Counted from the stretch's first letter, positions 30,279-42,781 are shown. The stretch: 64,000 nt of DNA from an uncultured Rivularia sp. (GCA_963665115.1 OY762007.1:8192001-8256000), one strand, 5' to 3'. The notes: generated from the letters alone by a model not told the origin. A program made the numbers and translations.

Positions 30279-32622
30279 ATGAACCAAAGTCGTCATCCTG
30301 CTAAAACTGATAATACTTCCCAAGGCGAAGCTCGCTTTGGACGAGTTATGCAGGCTATGACGCAGATTGTTTGCTGTACGGATGCGGATGGACGGGCTAC
30401 CTATTTTAATCAAAAATGGCACGAAGTAACTGGATTGAATGAAAGTCAATCTTTGAATTTTAATTTTCTACAGGCTATTCATCAATCCGAACGCGATACG
30501 GTTTCTCAGTCTTGGTTGTCTGCGGTAAAAGAGCGCAAGTCATGGGAATACGAGTTTAGAATTATACATAAAAATAAAAAGCCTTATTGGTATACAGCTT
30601 ATGCCCAGCCTTGTTTTGATGAAGAAGAACAGGTTATTGAATGGGTAGTTGTTTGCAATAATATTAACGAATATAAGCGAAGCGAAATTAGTTTAGAACA
30701 GCAGAGCAAAATTAAGTTAGAAGTCCAAGAAGCGCAAACCGAGATTCAAAAATACTTTGAAAGACTAACCTTAGCTTTAGATGCTGCAAAGATGGGTTCT
30801 TGGCATTGGGATTCATTTACTAATAAAAATTTGTGGACTCCTTACCACGAAACTATTTTCGGCTACGAACCGGGAGATGGAGAACATACCTATGAGGATT
30901 GGGCAACTCGGGTTCATCCTGACGATTTACCATCGGCTGAGACTGCTTGGAAAACCGCGCTACAAGAACATATTGATTATGTTTGCGAGTACCGGATAGT
31001 TTTACCCGATAATACTCTACGCTGGGTTGAATCTTACGGACGATACTATTACGATGACAGCGGCAAAGCTTTGCGGATGGCGGGAAACTGTCACCGATAT
31101 TACCGAACGTAAAAAAGCACGGCAGGCTTTAGAGTCAAGCGAACTTCGCTACAGTACTTTAGCTCAAATCTCTCCCGTTGGTATTTATCGTTGCGATGCG
31201 TCTGCGAATTTACTTTACGTCAATCAACGCTGGTGTGAAATAACCGGGTATACTTTCGATTCGGTTATTAATCAACGATGGCGTGCAACAGTTCATCCGC
31301 AAGATAAAGCGCGAGTGGAAGCACAAGTAAAAATCACGTTCGAGCAAGCAATACCTTTTGAGTGCGAATTTCGCTTTCAACGTCCAGATAATTCTGTGGT
31401 TTGGGTATTAGCTCAATCTGTTCCGGAAATGAATGCAGATGGAGTATTAATAGCTCATGTAGGTACAGTTACTGATATTAGCTATCAAAAAGAATCGGAG
31501 AAAGCGCTGCGAGAAAGTGAAGAACGTTTTCGTGCGACTTTTGAACAAGCAGCAGTGGGTATCGCTCACGCAGATAAGAATGGTAAATTTATCCGCGTGA
31601 ACCAGAAACTTTGCGATATTTTAGGTTATACACGCTCCGAACTTTTGCAGCGCACTTTTCTTCAAGTTACTTATGCAGATGATTTAAACAGCGATTTGAA
31701 ACAGGTTCGCAATTTATTGTCTGGTAAAATTGCAAATTTCTCAATGGACAAGCGCTATACCTGTAAAGATGGTTCTGCAATCTGGGTAGAGATGACGGTT
31801 TCTTTCGTGCGTCGAGCAAACGGGGAACCTGATTATTTTCTTAGTGTAATTCAAGATATTAGTCAACGCAAACAAGCGCAATCCGAATTACAACTTCGAG
31901 CGCAGGAGCAAGAAGAATTAAATATACTATTAACTGAGACTACATCCCAATTAAGAAAACGTAACTCGGAATTAGACCAATTCGCCTATGTCGCTTCCCA
32001 CGATTTGAAGGCACCACTCAGAGCGATCGCCAATCTTTCGCAATGGTTGGAGGATGATTTATCGGAAGTCTTGGAGCCGGAAAATTTGCGTCACCTGGAA
32101 TTACTGCGTCAGCGAGTTTATCGCATGGAAGATTTAATTAACGGTTTGCTGCAATATTCTCGCATCGGACGTGTTGAGAATGAATTGGAAAAGGTGGATG
32201 TTAATCGACTTTTAGCTCAAATATTTGATGAGCTTGCACCACCCGAAAATTTTACTATCGAAGTAAAAACTCCCATGCCTACCTTGACTACAAAGGGTAT
32301 GATGTTGAGGCGAGTATTTACGAATTTAATTGATAATGCTATTACCCATCATAATGGTTCTGAAGGTAAAGTAGAGGTTTCTGTAGAAGATAAAGGTGAA
32401 TATTACGAATTCGCAGTATCTGACGATGGAGGAGGAATTTCTCCTCAATATCACGATAAAATATTCGTAATTTTTCAAACTTTACAAGCCCGTGACAAAA
32501 AAGAAGGTACGGGAGTGGGTTTATCTATTATTAAGAAGATTCTCGAAACTGAAGGAGCTACGATTACTGTAGATTCAGATGTTGATAAAGGAGCAACTTT
32601 TCGTTTTACCTGGCATAAGTAA
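30279..32622 (+). CDS. Cytoplasmic multi-PAS histidine kinase (Cph1-type HisKA); apparent +1 frameshift at ~31085
   Basis: Four PAS/PAC domains, ASHDLKAPLRAI, NLIDNAI, GTGVGL. Removing one A gives RMAGTVTDITERK (~780 aa). Confidence 0.9.
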
Positions 32623-32647
32623 TAATTAACAATGCCACATACAATTA

Positions 32648-34454
32648 ATGGCTATATTTACAAAAACAACTGCTATTTGGCGCTCTTTACCAGTACGTCA
32701 TCGAGGTGCAATTATTATTGCCCTACCTTTTTCTTGTTTGATAATAACTTTAGCTATTTTGGTTTTGTCGAGACAAAATACAATTAAAATTTACGAAAAA
32801 ATTGACTATACAAGAACGATAATTTTGGATAGCAATAGGTTGCTAAAAATTTTATTAGATGCTGAAACAGGTACTCGTGGCTATATAATTTCTCGGAATC
32901 CAACGTTTTTAGAACCTTATAATGAAGCATTAATACAATTGCCAGTTATTGTAAGTGGTTTAGAAAAAAAAATAATTGATAATCCGCAAAAACAAAAATT
33001 TAAACAACTCAAAATTTTAGCCAACCAAAATATAAATATTTTAGAGCAACGCATTCAAGAGGTTGAACTTAAAAAGCAGGTTGGTATTGAATCTAGTCAA
33101 ACTGACATTTTGCTTCTCCGCAATAAAAATGTCATGGATGATATTCGCGATGCGATCGCAGTTTTTCAGGAAGACGAATTACGTAAATTAGGCTTGCATC
33201 GTCAAAATCTAGATAGGGACTCGGAACAATAACAATATAGTGTTATTTGTGACAGTAGCTATAAGCATATTCAGCTATGTAGGAGCAATCTATTTATTTA
33301 GCAAGCTTGATTGGCAAATTGAAGGGCAGCAATTGCAACTCCAAGAAAAGAAAAACTTGCTTGAAGGAATAATGGGGAATGTGGTGGATGGAATTATTAC
33401 CTTGGATAAACGGGATCGAATTGATAGCTTCAATCACGCAGCAGCGACGATGTTTGGCTGTCAATCTCAAGAAGCAATCGGTAAAAATATTGAGGTATTA
33501 ATTTCTCAAAGTAAAGATGCTGAGAAATCCCAGCTAAATACAAATATTTCGGCTACGCATCAAGGTTTAGCCATGCAGGCATTGGGAATTCGCAAAGTGG
33601 GTACAAATTTTCCGATAGAAATATCTATCAGCGATTTACATGAGGGTAATGGGAAAATGGTAATTGTTCGCGATATTACCGAACAAACCCAAGCACGAGA
33701 AAAGTTAGAAGCTAACCTTCAAGAATTGTCTCGTTTAAGTCTGTTATTAGCTAATACCAACCAAGCTTTAACTGAAAGAAATCAAGAATTAGATAGCTTT
33801 GCTTATATTGCTTCCCACGATTTAAAAGCACCTTTGAGGGGAATCGCAAACCTTTCTCAATGGTTAGAAGAAGATATCCAAAATGATTTATCACCAGAAA
33901 ATCAGCGACAATTTGAACTTCTCAGACAACGAGTCTACCGAATGCAAGCTTTGATTGATGGCTTACTTGAATATTCGCGGGTGGGAAGAATGCAAACAGC
34001 ATCAGAAAGAGTTGATGTTAGCAAACTTTTAGCAGAAATCATTGATTCACTTAACCCCCCACCAACATTTAATATCGAAATCGCTGAGCAAATGCCGGTG
34101 TTTATGACCAAAAAATTGCTTTTAAGACAGGTATTTGCCAATTTATTAAGTAATGCTATCAAACATCATCCCCGCAATAATGGACATATCAAAATTTCAG
34201 TAGAAGATAAACAAGAACTATATAAGTTTATTGTCAGCGATGATGGTGCCGGTATCGATCCGAAAAATCGAGATAAAATTTTTACGATTTTTCAAACTCT
34301 GCAATCTCGCGATAAAAAAGAAAATACCGGCGTTGGCTTATCTATTGTCAAGAAAATTGTCGAATCAGAAGGCGGTAAAATTAACTTAGATTCCGAGTTG
34401 GGTAAAGGAGCAACTTTTGATTTTACCTGGTTAAAATCATCGATAGAAGAATAG
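32648..34454 (+). CDS. CHASE3-PAS histidine kinase (Cph1-type HisKA); apparent +1 frameshift at 33216-33218
   Basis: LLDAETGTRGY...FLEPY CHASE3 motif, TM, PAS, ASHDLKAPLRGI; ~601 aa when repaired. Confidence 0.9.
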
Positions 34455-34585
34455 TACCTCATCCGATAGGAATAGGTTGTTTGGTAGAAAAGCCTCACTA
34501 ATGGTCAAACACTGGCGTGCAGCTATCGGTTTACAATTCACTAAAGCACACTTTTAAAATGCTCTATTAATGTTTAGATAGACAT

Positions 34586-35050
34586 TTGAAAGATTTATCC
34601 CAAATTATAATGCTGGAAAAAGATAGGATAGTAAATATCTTACTTGTGGAAGATGACGAAGTAGATATTATGAACGTCGAACGAGCTTTCAAAAAAGCTG
34701 CTATAAAAAACCCACTTTACATCGCTAGAAATGGAATAGAAGCATTAGTAATGTTGCGTGGTGGAAATGAAAAGCTTATTGAAGTGCCTAACGAACGCCG
34801 TTTAATATTATTAGATATTAATATGCCAAAAATGAGCGGTTTAGAATTTCTCCAAACAATACGTGCCGATAAAGCATTAAAGTTAACTCCAGTGGTAATG
34901 CTGACAACATCCAATCAAGATAAAGACATGATAGAAGCATTCGACTTAAATGTTGCTGGCTACCTCTTAAAACCTGTAACTTTTTCTAGATTTGTCGATC
35001 TAATGACAACCCTCAATCGATATTGGGCTTCATCAGAAATGCCGAATTAA
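34586..35050 (+). CDS. Single-domain response regulator, Rcp1-like
   Basis: LLVEDDEVD, LLDINMPKMSG, LTTS, YLLKP, C-terminal YW. Confidence 0.93.
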   Translation: MKDLSQIIMLEKDRIVNILLVEDDEVDIMNVERAFKKAAIKNPLYIARNGIEALVMLRGGNEKLIEVPNERRLILLDINMPKMSGLEFLQTIRADKALKLTPVVMLTTSNQDKDMIEAFDLNVAGYLLKPVTFSRFVDLMTTLNRYWASSEMPN

Positions 35051-35256
35051 TCAATCTTGCAATAATACAGAGATTACAATTGTTTATATGTTAATATTCT
35101 AAATGCTTATAATTACAGAAAATAAAAAATAACTTAGTTCATTATATATAATATTTTATCATTTTTTCGATGAGCTTTTAAACAACTTATAATAATTGTT
35201 ATATTTCATTTAATTTAATTTAATTCTGCATTCTAGCTCTTTGATTTTTAAAGCGT

Positions 35257-36468
35257 ATGGAAGAAACTCTAAATATATTAATTATTGATGATGACGAAGT
35301 AGATCGTATGGCTGTGAGTCGCGCTTTAAAAGCAGCAAAAGTGCGAATGAAATTGTCTGAAGCAAGCGATTATGCGGAAGCTGTTGAAATTTTAGAAAAT
35401 AATGACTTTGATTGCATATTTGTAGACTATCTTTTGCCTGGAAAAGATGGGTTAATCGTAGTACAAGAAATACGGGCTTCGGGTTCTAAGGTGCCGTTGA
35501 TAGTTTTAACCGGACAAGGAGACGAACAAACAGCGGTTGAACTAATGAAAGCAGGAGCTTCCGACTACATTACAAAGTCGAGAATTACCCCCGATTTATT
35601 AAGTGCAACTTTGAGAAATGTGATTCGTATCTATGAAGCAGAACTGCAAATAGAATTATTTAATAAGCAGTTAAGACAAAGTAACGAACTATTGAAGAAA
35701 AAAAATAAAGAATTAGAGGAGAAAAGAGAACAGATTCATATCCAAAACTTGAAATTATTAGAAGCTTCGGAAACAAAATCCAAGTTTTTAGCAACTATGT
35801 CTCACGAACTGCGAACACCTTTAAATGCGATTATGGCATTTTCTCAAATGCTACAGCGTAAAAATAAAGGCAATTTTTCCTCTTCTCAAGTGGATATGAT
35901 AGAGCGGATTCACGGCAATGGCAAAAATTTGCTCGCTTTAATCAACGATATTCTCGATCTCTCAAAAATTGAAGCCGGGGGTTTAAAACTATATCCTGAA
36001 GAATTCGATTTATCTCAATTAATAAACACCACTACAGATGAATTACGTTCTTTAAAATCACAAAAACAATTAGATATAAAAGTTAAAATAAACTTGGAAA
36101 ATACCAAGACTGTTAATGACAGAAACCGCGTTCGCCAGATTTTGGTAAATTTGATTTCCAACGCAATTAAATTCACCGATGAAGGAATGATTTTGATAGA
36201 AGCAAGCGAAATATCGGAATCTCATCTTGTTATAACCGTTAAAGATACGGGTATTGGTATTTCTGAAGATGATGTAAAACATATTTATGAACCCTTTCGT
36301 CAAATTAATCAAACAATTTCACGTAAATATGCCGGTACGGGATTGGGTTTGGCGATTACTCAATCTTTAGTCAAAATGATGAATGGTAAAGTTTCAGTTG
36401 AAAGCAAATTAGATCGAGGTTCGACTTTTAGAGTGGAGTTACCGCGTTGTATTGATGTAGAGGAATAA
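35257..36468 (+). CDS. Hybrid REC-HisKA-HATPase kinase
   Basis: N-terminal receiver (IDDDEVD, VDYLLP), SHELRTPL, GTGLGL. Confidence 0.93.
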   Translation: MEETLNILIIDDDEVDRMAVSRALKAAKVRMKLSEASDYAEAVEILENNDFDCIFVDYLLPGKDGLIVVQEIRASGSKVPLIVLTGQGDEQTAVELMKAGASDYITKSRITPDLLSATLRNVIRIYEAELQIELFNKQLRQSNELLKKKNKELEEKREQIHIQNLKLLEASETKSKFLATMSHELRTPLNAIMAFSQMLQRKNKGNFSSSQVDMIERIHGNGKNLLALINDILDLSKIEAGGLKLYPEEFDLSQLINTTTDELRSLKSQKQLDIKVKINLENTKTVNDRNRVRQILVNLISNAIKFTDEGMILIEASEISESHLVITVKDTGIGISEDDVKHIYEPFRQINQTISRKYAGTGLGLAITQSLVKMMNGKVSVESKLDRGSTFRVELPRCIDVEE

Positions 36469-36719
36469 ATATCAACTAAAAATCAAATAAAAATAATTAT
36501 CTGGCAAAATTAAGTTATTACTTATCGATCTAAACAAATTATTTAATGTGTATTTAACCTTCCGGACTTTTTCGTCCGATTGACAACACTTTTCTCAAAT
36601 TTCAATATACAAATTAAAATAATTTTAGTTTAATTCAGTTTTTTATTGCTATTGCCTCTTATTACTACTCCCTACTTCCTCTTCAAAGCGATTCCTGATA
36701 TTTGAGATAAAACGTTATT

Positions 36720-37853
36720 ATGTCTTACAATAAACTAGCAAAAAAAGACCGTATTCTAGTAGTTGACGATATTTTTGATAACTTACTAGTTATTGAAACT
36801 ATCTTAGAAGATGAAGGATATGAAATAGAGATTCAAGAGAGTAGTAAGCTAGGTTTAAAAATGGCGGAAGAGTCTCCACCAGATCTGATTCTTCTAGATG
36901 TAATGATGCCAGAAATGGATGGCTATGAATTTACTCGTCGCATTCGTCAGAATCAACAATTACCATTTATTCCGATCTTATTAATCACCGCTCATGACAG
37001 CATCAGCGTTGTAGAGGGATTAGATGCAGGAGCGGACGACTTTATTCGTAAACCAGTAGATGCCGACGAACTGCAAGCCAGAGTACGCAGCCTTTTACGA
37101 CTCAAACATAGCATAGATGAACGCGACCATATGGCGAGTTTGCGTCAAGATTTTGTTTCTCGCTTCACCCACGATTTAAGAACACCTTTAGCAGCTTCCA
37201 ACCGGATTTTAAAATTGTTACGCGAAGGTCGATTTTTTGAAATATCTCCCGATATTGAACAGATTTTTACTACCATGATTACCAGCAATGATGACTTGTT
37301 GCACATGGTGAATAGTTTGCTCGAAGTTTATCGTTATGAAGCTGACTGCAAAAAAATTAACTTCGATAAAATTAATATTCACGATTTAGTTCGCGATGTA
37401 GTTCAAGAATTAACGCCTTTAGCAGAAGAAAAACAATTAAGCTTAAAATCTAATTTAGAAAATTTAGAAAATAATAATTCAGAAAACAGCGAAGTATATA
37501 CCATTTTTGCAGATCGGATTGAAATTAAACGAGTTTTAACCAATTTGATCGGAAACGCCATCAAATTTACACAAACAGGCTTCATTGAAGTTACTTTGCA
37601 ATTAGCAGATACAGTACAAATAAAAATTAAAGATACAGGTTCTGGAATTGCCCCAGAAGAACAAGCAATATTATTCGAGAGATTTCGACCTGGTAAGCAC
37701 AAAAATTCCGGTAGCGGTTTGGGCTTATATTTATCGCGTTGCATTATTGAAGCACACAACGGCTCAATTAATGTAGAATCCGAATCTGGCAATGGAAGCA
37801 CGTTTACAATTAGTTTGCCCAAATCAGTGGCTAGTACAGTACGGCGTAAATAA
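36720..37853 (+). CDS. Hybrid REC-HisKA-HATPase kinase
   Basis: LLDVMMPEMDG receiver, THDLRTPL, NLIGNAIKFT, GSGLGL. Confidence 0.93.
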   Translation: MSYNKLAKKDRILVVDDIFDNLLVIETILEDEGYEIEIQESSKLGLKMAEESPPDLILLDVMMPEMDGYEFTRRIRQNQQLPFIPILLITAHDSISVVEGLDAGADDFIRKPVDADELQARVRSLLRLKHSIDERDHMASLRQDFVSRFTHDLRTPLAASNRILKLLREGRFFEISPDIEQIFTTMITSNDDLLHMVNSLLEVYRYEADCKKINFDKINIHDLVRDVVQELTPLAEEKQLSLKSNLENLENNNSENSEVYTIFADRIEIKRVLTNLIGNAIKFTQTGFIEVTLQLADTVQIKIKDTGSGIAPEEQAILFERFRPGKHKNSGSGLGLYLSRCIIEAHNGSINVESESGNGSTFTISLPKSVASTVRRK

Positions 37854-37941
37854 AGCACCCATTTAAAAAGTTTGAAAGCCTTATCATATAATACTTTTTA
37901 CTTCTTACTTTTGACTTTTTACTTCCGCGCAGCGGTACTAG
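37831..37941. mobile_element. MITE with CTAGTAC...GTACTAG ends overlapping the kinase 3' end
   Basis: CTAGTACAGTACGGCGTAAAT versus the inverted right end CTAGTACCGCTGCGCGGAAGT. Confidence 0.6.
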
Positions 37942-38051
37942 TTAGCAGTTATTGACATTGAATTTATATTTTCTAACTCCTAACTACTAACTCTTCATTA
38001 ATTACTCTTATACTGTTAACTGCTCACTGATGACTGTTAACTGACAAAATT

Positions 38052-39383
38052 ATGGATGCAATTTTAGAAACAGCGAAAGAGTTACATTCGGAACTGATTG
38101 ATTTTGTACTGGATGCGGAAGGGGATTTAGCCGTATCTTTGGAAGCTTTTAGTGCCGAACAATTAGCTAATTTTTCTCAATCTCAATATCAAGGTGCGGT
38201 ACAAAATGAGATGATTCTGAATATGTTTCTCACTGAAGGTACGGTGGGAGATAAAAAGCCAGTTGAGATATTTTTGGAATCTCATCCCGATTTATCTGCC
38301 GAAAAACGCGATATTGTTAATAATTGGCAGCGCAGTTTTGCTGGTTTGTTTGCAGCTAACAAGATTTCGGATGATAGTTTTGAACTGAGAAACTGGTTAA
38401 CCGATAAACAATATACCGTTCATATTGATGAGAAAGAGCAACAACAATTGAAACGTGCTAAGCAAGGAGAAATTGTATTAGCGCGAGTTGTCCCCATAAA
38501 TGATAGTTATTGGATGTTTTCTTCCCCAATTACGTTGATGGGAAGGTTGGGTAAACCAAAATTAGCTGTAGCAATTGGAAATTTTAAGAAAAATTATAAA
38601 ACTAATTTATACGGCGATGCACCGGAATTACTCGAAGAAGCATGGCTTTCTGTAGAAAAATACCACCAAAGGTTTATTGACTTTTTCGGTAGCGATGAAA
38701 TTACTTTACCGGGATATCAATTAGAACAAAAACTGGGCGAACTTCAAGAACAAGTAACTGAAAGTAGATTGGAAGCGGCGGGAATTGATAGCTCAAAATC
38801 TTTCAAGGAAATAGCGCAATCTGCCGATATTTCCGATCAAGAAATGGCTGAAACTGTAGAAGAAATGGGTTTAGAGGGTAAAGCTGTGTCTCAGGTGATG
38901 AATAGTAACAAAAGCCTGAAAATGGTCATGCCGAAAGTAGAGTTACCCGCACATTTGAAAAAAGCAGAAGAAGTTACCGCATTAAGTTTTCCTCATCAGG
39001 GACAAATATTTTTAACAAACTATACGCAATTTAAAAGTTTACTGGTAGGTGACAATACCAACGAGCAAATAAATGCCGATAAATTGGTACGTGAATATTT
39101 GGAGTCTGCCGATATTAAAGCTTGTGTTTGGCATCGTTTATCGCAAGAATACCCAGAACAATTAGAGAAGCTGTTGCAACAAGTATTAAATCGCCCAGAA
39201 TTTAATTTAGAACGAGACTATATTGATTTATTGAATGAATTTGACAAAAATTTAAAGCTTGAATTACCTGAAGTTGCCAGCGTTCCTTTACATTTACACA
39301 ATCTGTTCCAAGAAGCATTATCGGAAGTAAAAGGAAAAAGTAATAAGAAGGGTAAAACTAAGTCTAAAGGAGGATTTGCTTAG
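38052..39383 (+). CDS. Conserved cyanobacterial hypothetical protein
   Basis: 443-aa ORF with basic C-terminal KGKTKSKGGFA. Confidence 0.75.
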   Translation: MDAILETAKELHSELIDFVLDAEGDLAVSLEAFSAEQLANFSQSQYQGAVQNEMILNMFLTEGTVGDKKPVEIFLESHPDLSAEKRDIVNNWQRSFAGLFAANKISDDSFELRNWLTDKQYTVHIDEKEQQQLKRAKQGEIVLARVVPINDSYWMFSSPITLMGRLGKPKLAVAIGNFKKNYKTNLYGDAPELLEEAWLSVEKYHQRFIDFFGSDEITLPGYQLEQKLGELQEQVTESRLEAAGIDSSKSFKEIAQSADISDQEMAETVEEMGLEGKAVSQVMNSNKSLKMVMPKVELPAHLKKAEEVTALSFPHQGQIFLTNYTQFKSLLVGDNTNEQINADKLVREYLESADIKACVWHRLSQEYPEQLEKLLQQVLNRPEFNLERDYIDLLNEFDKNLKLELPEVASVPLHLHNLFQEALSEVKGKSNKKGKTKSKGGFA

Positions 39384-39673
39384 TAAGTATTGGTTGTCAT
39401 AAGTTAGGTGCTAATTCATACTTTTTGATAATTAATAGTACCTAAAAGATAATAAAAGCTTGATTTAATCCGCTTTCAACCGTTAAGACATCAGATTAAC
39501 TTTTGATTAACTTTTGCAAACAAATTATTTACTTAATTCGACTAAACTAAGGAGCAAATTTCTATTCCTCTCGAATATCAAGATTACTTCTCACTATAGA
39601 TTTGCAAGTTATTAGAAATTGATAAATTAGGAATAACGAAACGAACACAACTCTTGTTGAGGAGAATATAAGT

Positions 39674-39949
39674 ATGTTTGATATTATTGCATGGGTTATT
39701 TTAGGTCTTATTGCTGGTGCGATCGCTAAAGCAATCTATCCCGGTCATCAAGGTGGCGGAATTCTAGCAACAATGATTTTAGGTATTGTTGGTGCATTTC
39801 TTGGTGGTACTTTGTATACACTAATAACTACGGGAACCTTTGCATTAACTGCAACTGCTGGTTTTAACATTGGCTCAATTCTCGTTGCTATCGTCGGTGC
39901 AATGATTGCTATCTTCATCTGGGGTTTAGTCACCAGACGTGCTGCTTAA
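39674..39949 (+). CDS. GlsB/YeaQ/YmgE family stress membrane protein
   Basis: IAWVILGLIAGAIAKAIYPG...ILGIVGAFLGG; GAGGAG Shine-Dalgarno upstream. Confidence 0.92.
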   Translation: MFDIIAWVILGLIAGAIAKAIYPGHQGGGILATMILGIVGAFLGGTLYTLITTGTFALTATAGFNIGSILVAIVGAMIAIFIWGLVTRRAA

Positions 39950-40135
39950 TAGTTAAGTAAAGATTCTCTTCGCTCGCTGGTAATTCGTTGATGAAGATGG
40001 GGAAGCTAATTTCAATGTAGCTGAGAAAATGATTAATCGCTTCTTAATTGTTAATCCCCTTGCCAAGAGAATCGATTTTTTTTGTAATTCCCGTAAATAT
40101 ATCGGGCAAATAAATAGATATTCAGGATTGTAAAC

Positions 40136-40474
40136 ATGACTAATCAAGATAACAAGCAGCCTTTAACACCCGAACAAGTTGATTTTGAACAAAAGCGTCA
40201 ACAAAAACAAGAATTAGAGAACGAAGATAATAACGTACTCAACCCTGGGGATAAGGTTAATCAAAGTAAGTCAGTAGATGAAAAGGCAAAACAAGTTGCT
40301 GTAGATGCACCTGACATTACTGGAGATCATATTACCGTTCCTACTTATTTCGTTACAGAAGATAAGGAAACAGGTGAAGAAGAAGCATTACATCATGTTA
40401 AAGATGCCGAAAAGATTTCTGATGTAATTCGTGAAGCACGAGTAGACGAAGATGGTGAGCGAAAATGGCGTTAG
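40136..40474 (+). CDS. Small acidic hydrophilic hypothetical protein
   Basis: 112 aa, E/D/K/Q-rich, followed by a hairpin. Confidence 0.75.
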   Translation: MTNQDNKQPLTPEQVDFEQKRQQKQELENEDNNVLNPGDKVNQSKSVDEKAKQVAVDAPDITGDHITVPTYFVTEDKETGEEEALHHVKDAEKISDVIREARVDEDGERKWR

Positions 40475-40512
40475 AGCTTAATAAGGCTTTAACTACAAAA
40501 ATCATTAAACCG

Positions 40513-40545
40513 ATCTCTCGAATTAAATTCGGGAGATTTTGGTTT
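40513..40545 (+). terminator. Rho-independent terminator
   Basis: ATCTCTCGAATT-A-AATTCGGGAGAT followed by a T-rich tail. Confidence 0.6.
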
Positions 40546-41344
40546 GTATTTATATCTTTCACTATTACTTCGCCACATTAATGAAAGCGAGGCAATCAAG
40601 GTTCTTAGTAAGTGGCTTTAGCCCTTAATTAGAGGACTAAAGTCAGCACGTAAAACCTATCAAAATATTTTTTATTGAAAATAAAGATTACCTTTACGAT
40701 TAATTTATTTCTCAAGACATATTTTAAAGTTATTCTCAAGACGGAAGAATAAAACGAGTTTGATGAAATATGATAGAGCAATCATAAATATTAATTTAAA
40801 TAACACTATTAAATAAATAGGGAGGAAAAACAACTTATTACAAGTAACGAAAAGCACACAATTGCCGTAGTTTCAAGTGAAGATAATATTTAACGGGTTA
40901 CGCTACAATTGAAGCTCGGCGGCTTTCCGATAAAATAAATCTATCAGATTGTACCTCGTAAAAACCAATTTTATTCCAATATTTTAGAGGATTTAGAAAT
41001 TCCCGAAACTAGAATTGTTTTTGATACAAATAGTCTGCAAAGCGATAAACATCTGTTGGTAATCAAAAGCACCGAATCGCAATTTATACAAACTCAATCT
41101 GTTTTTAGATATTTAGGTATTAAGGATTGGAAAGTTTATTATACGCCAGGAACCGATCGTTTAATTTCTTCAAATCTTGATAAAATGGAACTTTCTCAGA
41201 ACGCGATCGATAGTTTTATGCTAAGCTCACTAAACTAATTCTCTTCAAAGAGTTTTAGGTTTAATGATAAATTTTTAACCTCACAATGTACTACTGCTGT
41301 ATTCGTACAACAGTCATTCAACTTAAAGCAGTTCGCAGTAAAAC

Positions 41345-41950
41345 TTGGAGAAACAAATTATGAACTTTAGACAACTAAAACTTACTTGTAGTATTGTTAG
41401 CCTCAGCGCTGCTATCTTTGCTTTTGACGGAGTAAAAGCTCAAGCTCAAACCCCTCAAATCCAAGCGCAATCTGAAACAGCTAACACATACGTTGAGACA
41501 TCGAAAAAAGTCGCTCAATTCACACCTGGTGCTACTACTCGTTCTGGTCCTAGCTACATTGGCGTAGGTGGATTTTTAGGATTCGATGATGATAGTGCAT
41601 TAGGAGATGGTGCTTTTTCAATAATCAGCAAAATCGGTTTGAGCAGAAACTTTTCTATACGTCCATCTGCTTTACTTAATGACGATCCTGTATTTTTAAT
41701 TCCGGTAACAATTGACTTTCCTGTTGATGATGTTGCGGATACAGGTACTCAAAGAATCAGCGTAGCCCCTTATTTGGGTGCCGGAGTTTCAATTAATACT
41801 GATAATGATGCTGATATAGGCTTGCTGCTTACTGGTGGAGTTGACGTTCCAGTTTCTGATAAAATCACAGCAACCGGAGGAGTAAATATTGGCTTCTCTG
41901 ACGATAATGCAGATGTAGGATTACTTTTAGGTGTAGGTTATAACTTCTAA
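41345..41950 (+). CDS. Exported protein, probable small outer-membrane beta-barrel
   Basis: Signal peptide, alternating beta-strands, C-terminal LGVGYNF. Confidence 0.75.
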   Translation: MEKQIMNFRQLKLTCSIVSLSAAIFAFDGVKAQAQTPQIQAQSETANTYVETSKKVAQFTPGATTRSGPSYIGVGGFLGFDDDSALGDGAFSIISKIGLSRNFSIRPSALLNDDPVFLIPVTIDFPVDDVADTGTQRISVAPYLGAGVSINTDNDADIGLLLTGGVDVPVSDKITATGGVNIGFSDDNADVGLLLGVGYNF

Positions 41951-42070
41951 TTTACAAGGTTAAAGGTAATAAGATTATTTTCAGTTTTTATTACCCATAA
42001 ACATTTTCTTGTTTTATAATCTTTAGCTTTGCGAGTAATTTTGACAAAGCGCAAAAATTTAGATTAATTG

Positions 42071-42106
42071 AGAAACCCGGCTTTTGAAAAAGTAGTCCGG
42101 GTTTCT
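42071..42106. terminator. Bidirectional terminator-like hairpin
   Basis: AGAAACCCGG...CCGGGTTTCT between convergent genes. Confidence 0.65.
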
Positions 42107-42169
42107 TAATTATCTTGAATGATTTAACAATGCTATAGAAAAATTGTTAATTGAATTGCAGTTAAAATA

Positions 42170-42400
42170 CTACAAACCAGGACTTTTCGACTTTTCAATG
42201 TCTGGAACAATATCGGGACGTTCTTTATCTTCCCAACCTACGGGACGCTTAGAATTGTACCAAGCAATGGAGCCTATAGAAACTGCTGCAATAAAACCTA
42301 CCACAACTATCCCCGTGAGTGACATATAGTAGTCAGCCCTACCATAGCTATTGTCAATTAGCTCTGCTAAAACGTAGTTAAAAGAAATATTCATTGTCAC
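42170..42400 (-). CDS. psb35: Photosystem II assembly protein Psb35 family
   Basis: GFIAAVSIGSIAWYNSKRPVGWEDKERP. Confidence 0.8.
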   Translation of the reverse strand: MTMNISFNYVLAELIDNSYGRADYYMSLTGIVVVGFIAAVSIGSIAWYNSKRPVGWEDKERPDIVPDIEKSKSPGL

Positions 42401-42661
42401 AGTCCAAATTTGAACAAAAAATTAGTTAACAATCCAGATATATTTCAATCAGAAATTAATAAAAATTTTCACATTTTTTGTTACCACTTGTCAATCTATT
42501 TTAGATTTAGAATTTTGCATCTTAACACCTAATGCCTGTTCTTTAAATTAATAGTTTTATAATTTGATAATTTTTAATTTTTAGTTTTTTCTATAGATTA
42601 CTGTTCCCTGCTCTCCATTCCTTTTTTCAAAAATCTAATCATACTGGGAACAACATACATA

Positions 42662-42699
42662 AAATAAAGGAGTTAGAAATGAATCTAACTCCTTTATTT
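42662..42699 (-). terminator. Rho-independent terminator after csbD
   Basis: Perfect 16-bp stem AAATAAAGGAGTTAGA/TCTAACTCCTTTATTT. Confidence 0.75.
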
Positions 42700-42781
42700 C
42701 AAAACTCAACAGTCCCATCTAATAAATAATAATCTACTTAAACACTATTATTTACCAATGAATTAATAGCTTAGTAAAATA

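Noticed and set aside
30279..35050. Phytochrome (cph1-rcp1) operon
   Set aside because: The transmitter and receiver are Cph1/Rcp1-like, but no GAF-PHY chromophore module is present.
41056..41238. 60-aa intergenic ORF
   Set aside because: TTG start, no clear ribosome-binding site or motif; cannot be supported from sequence alone.
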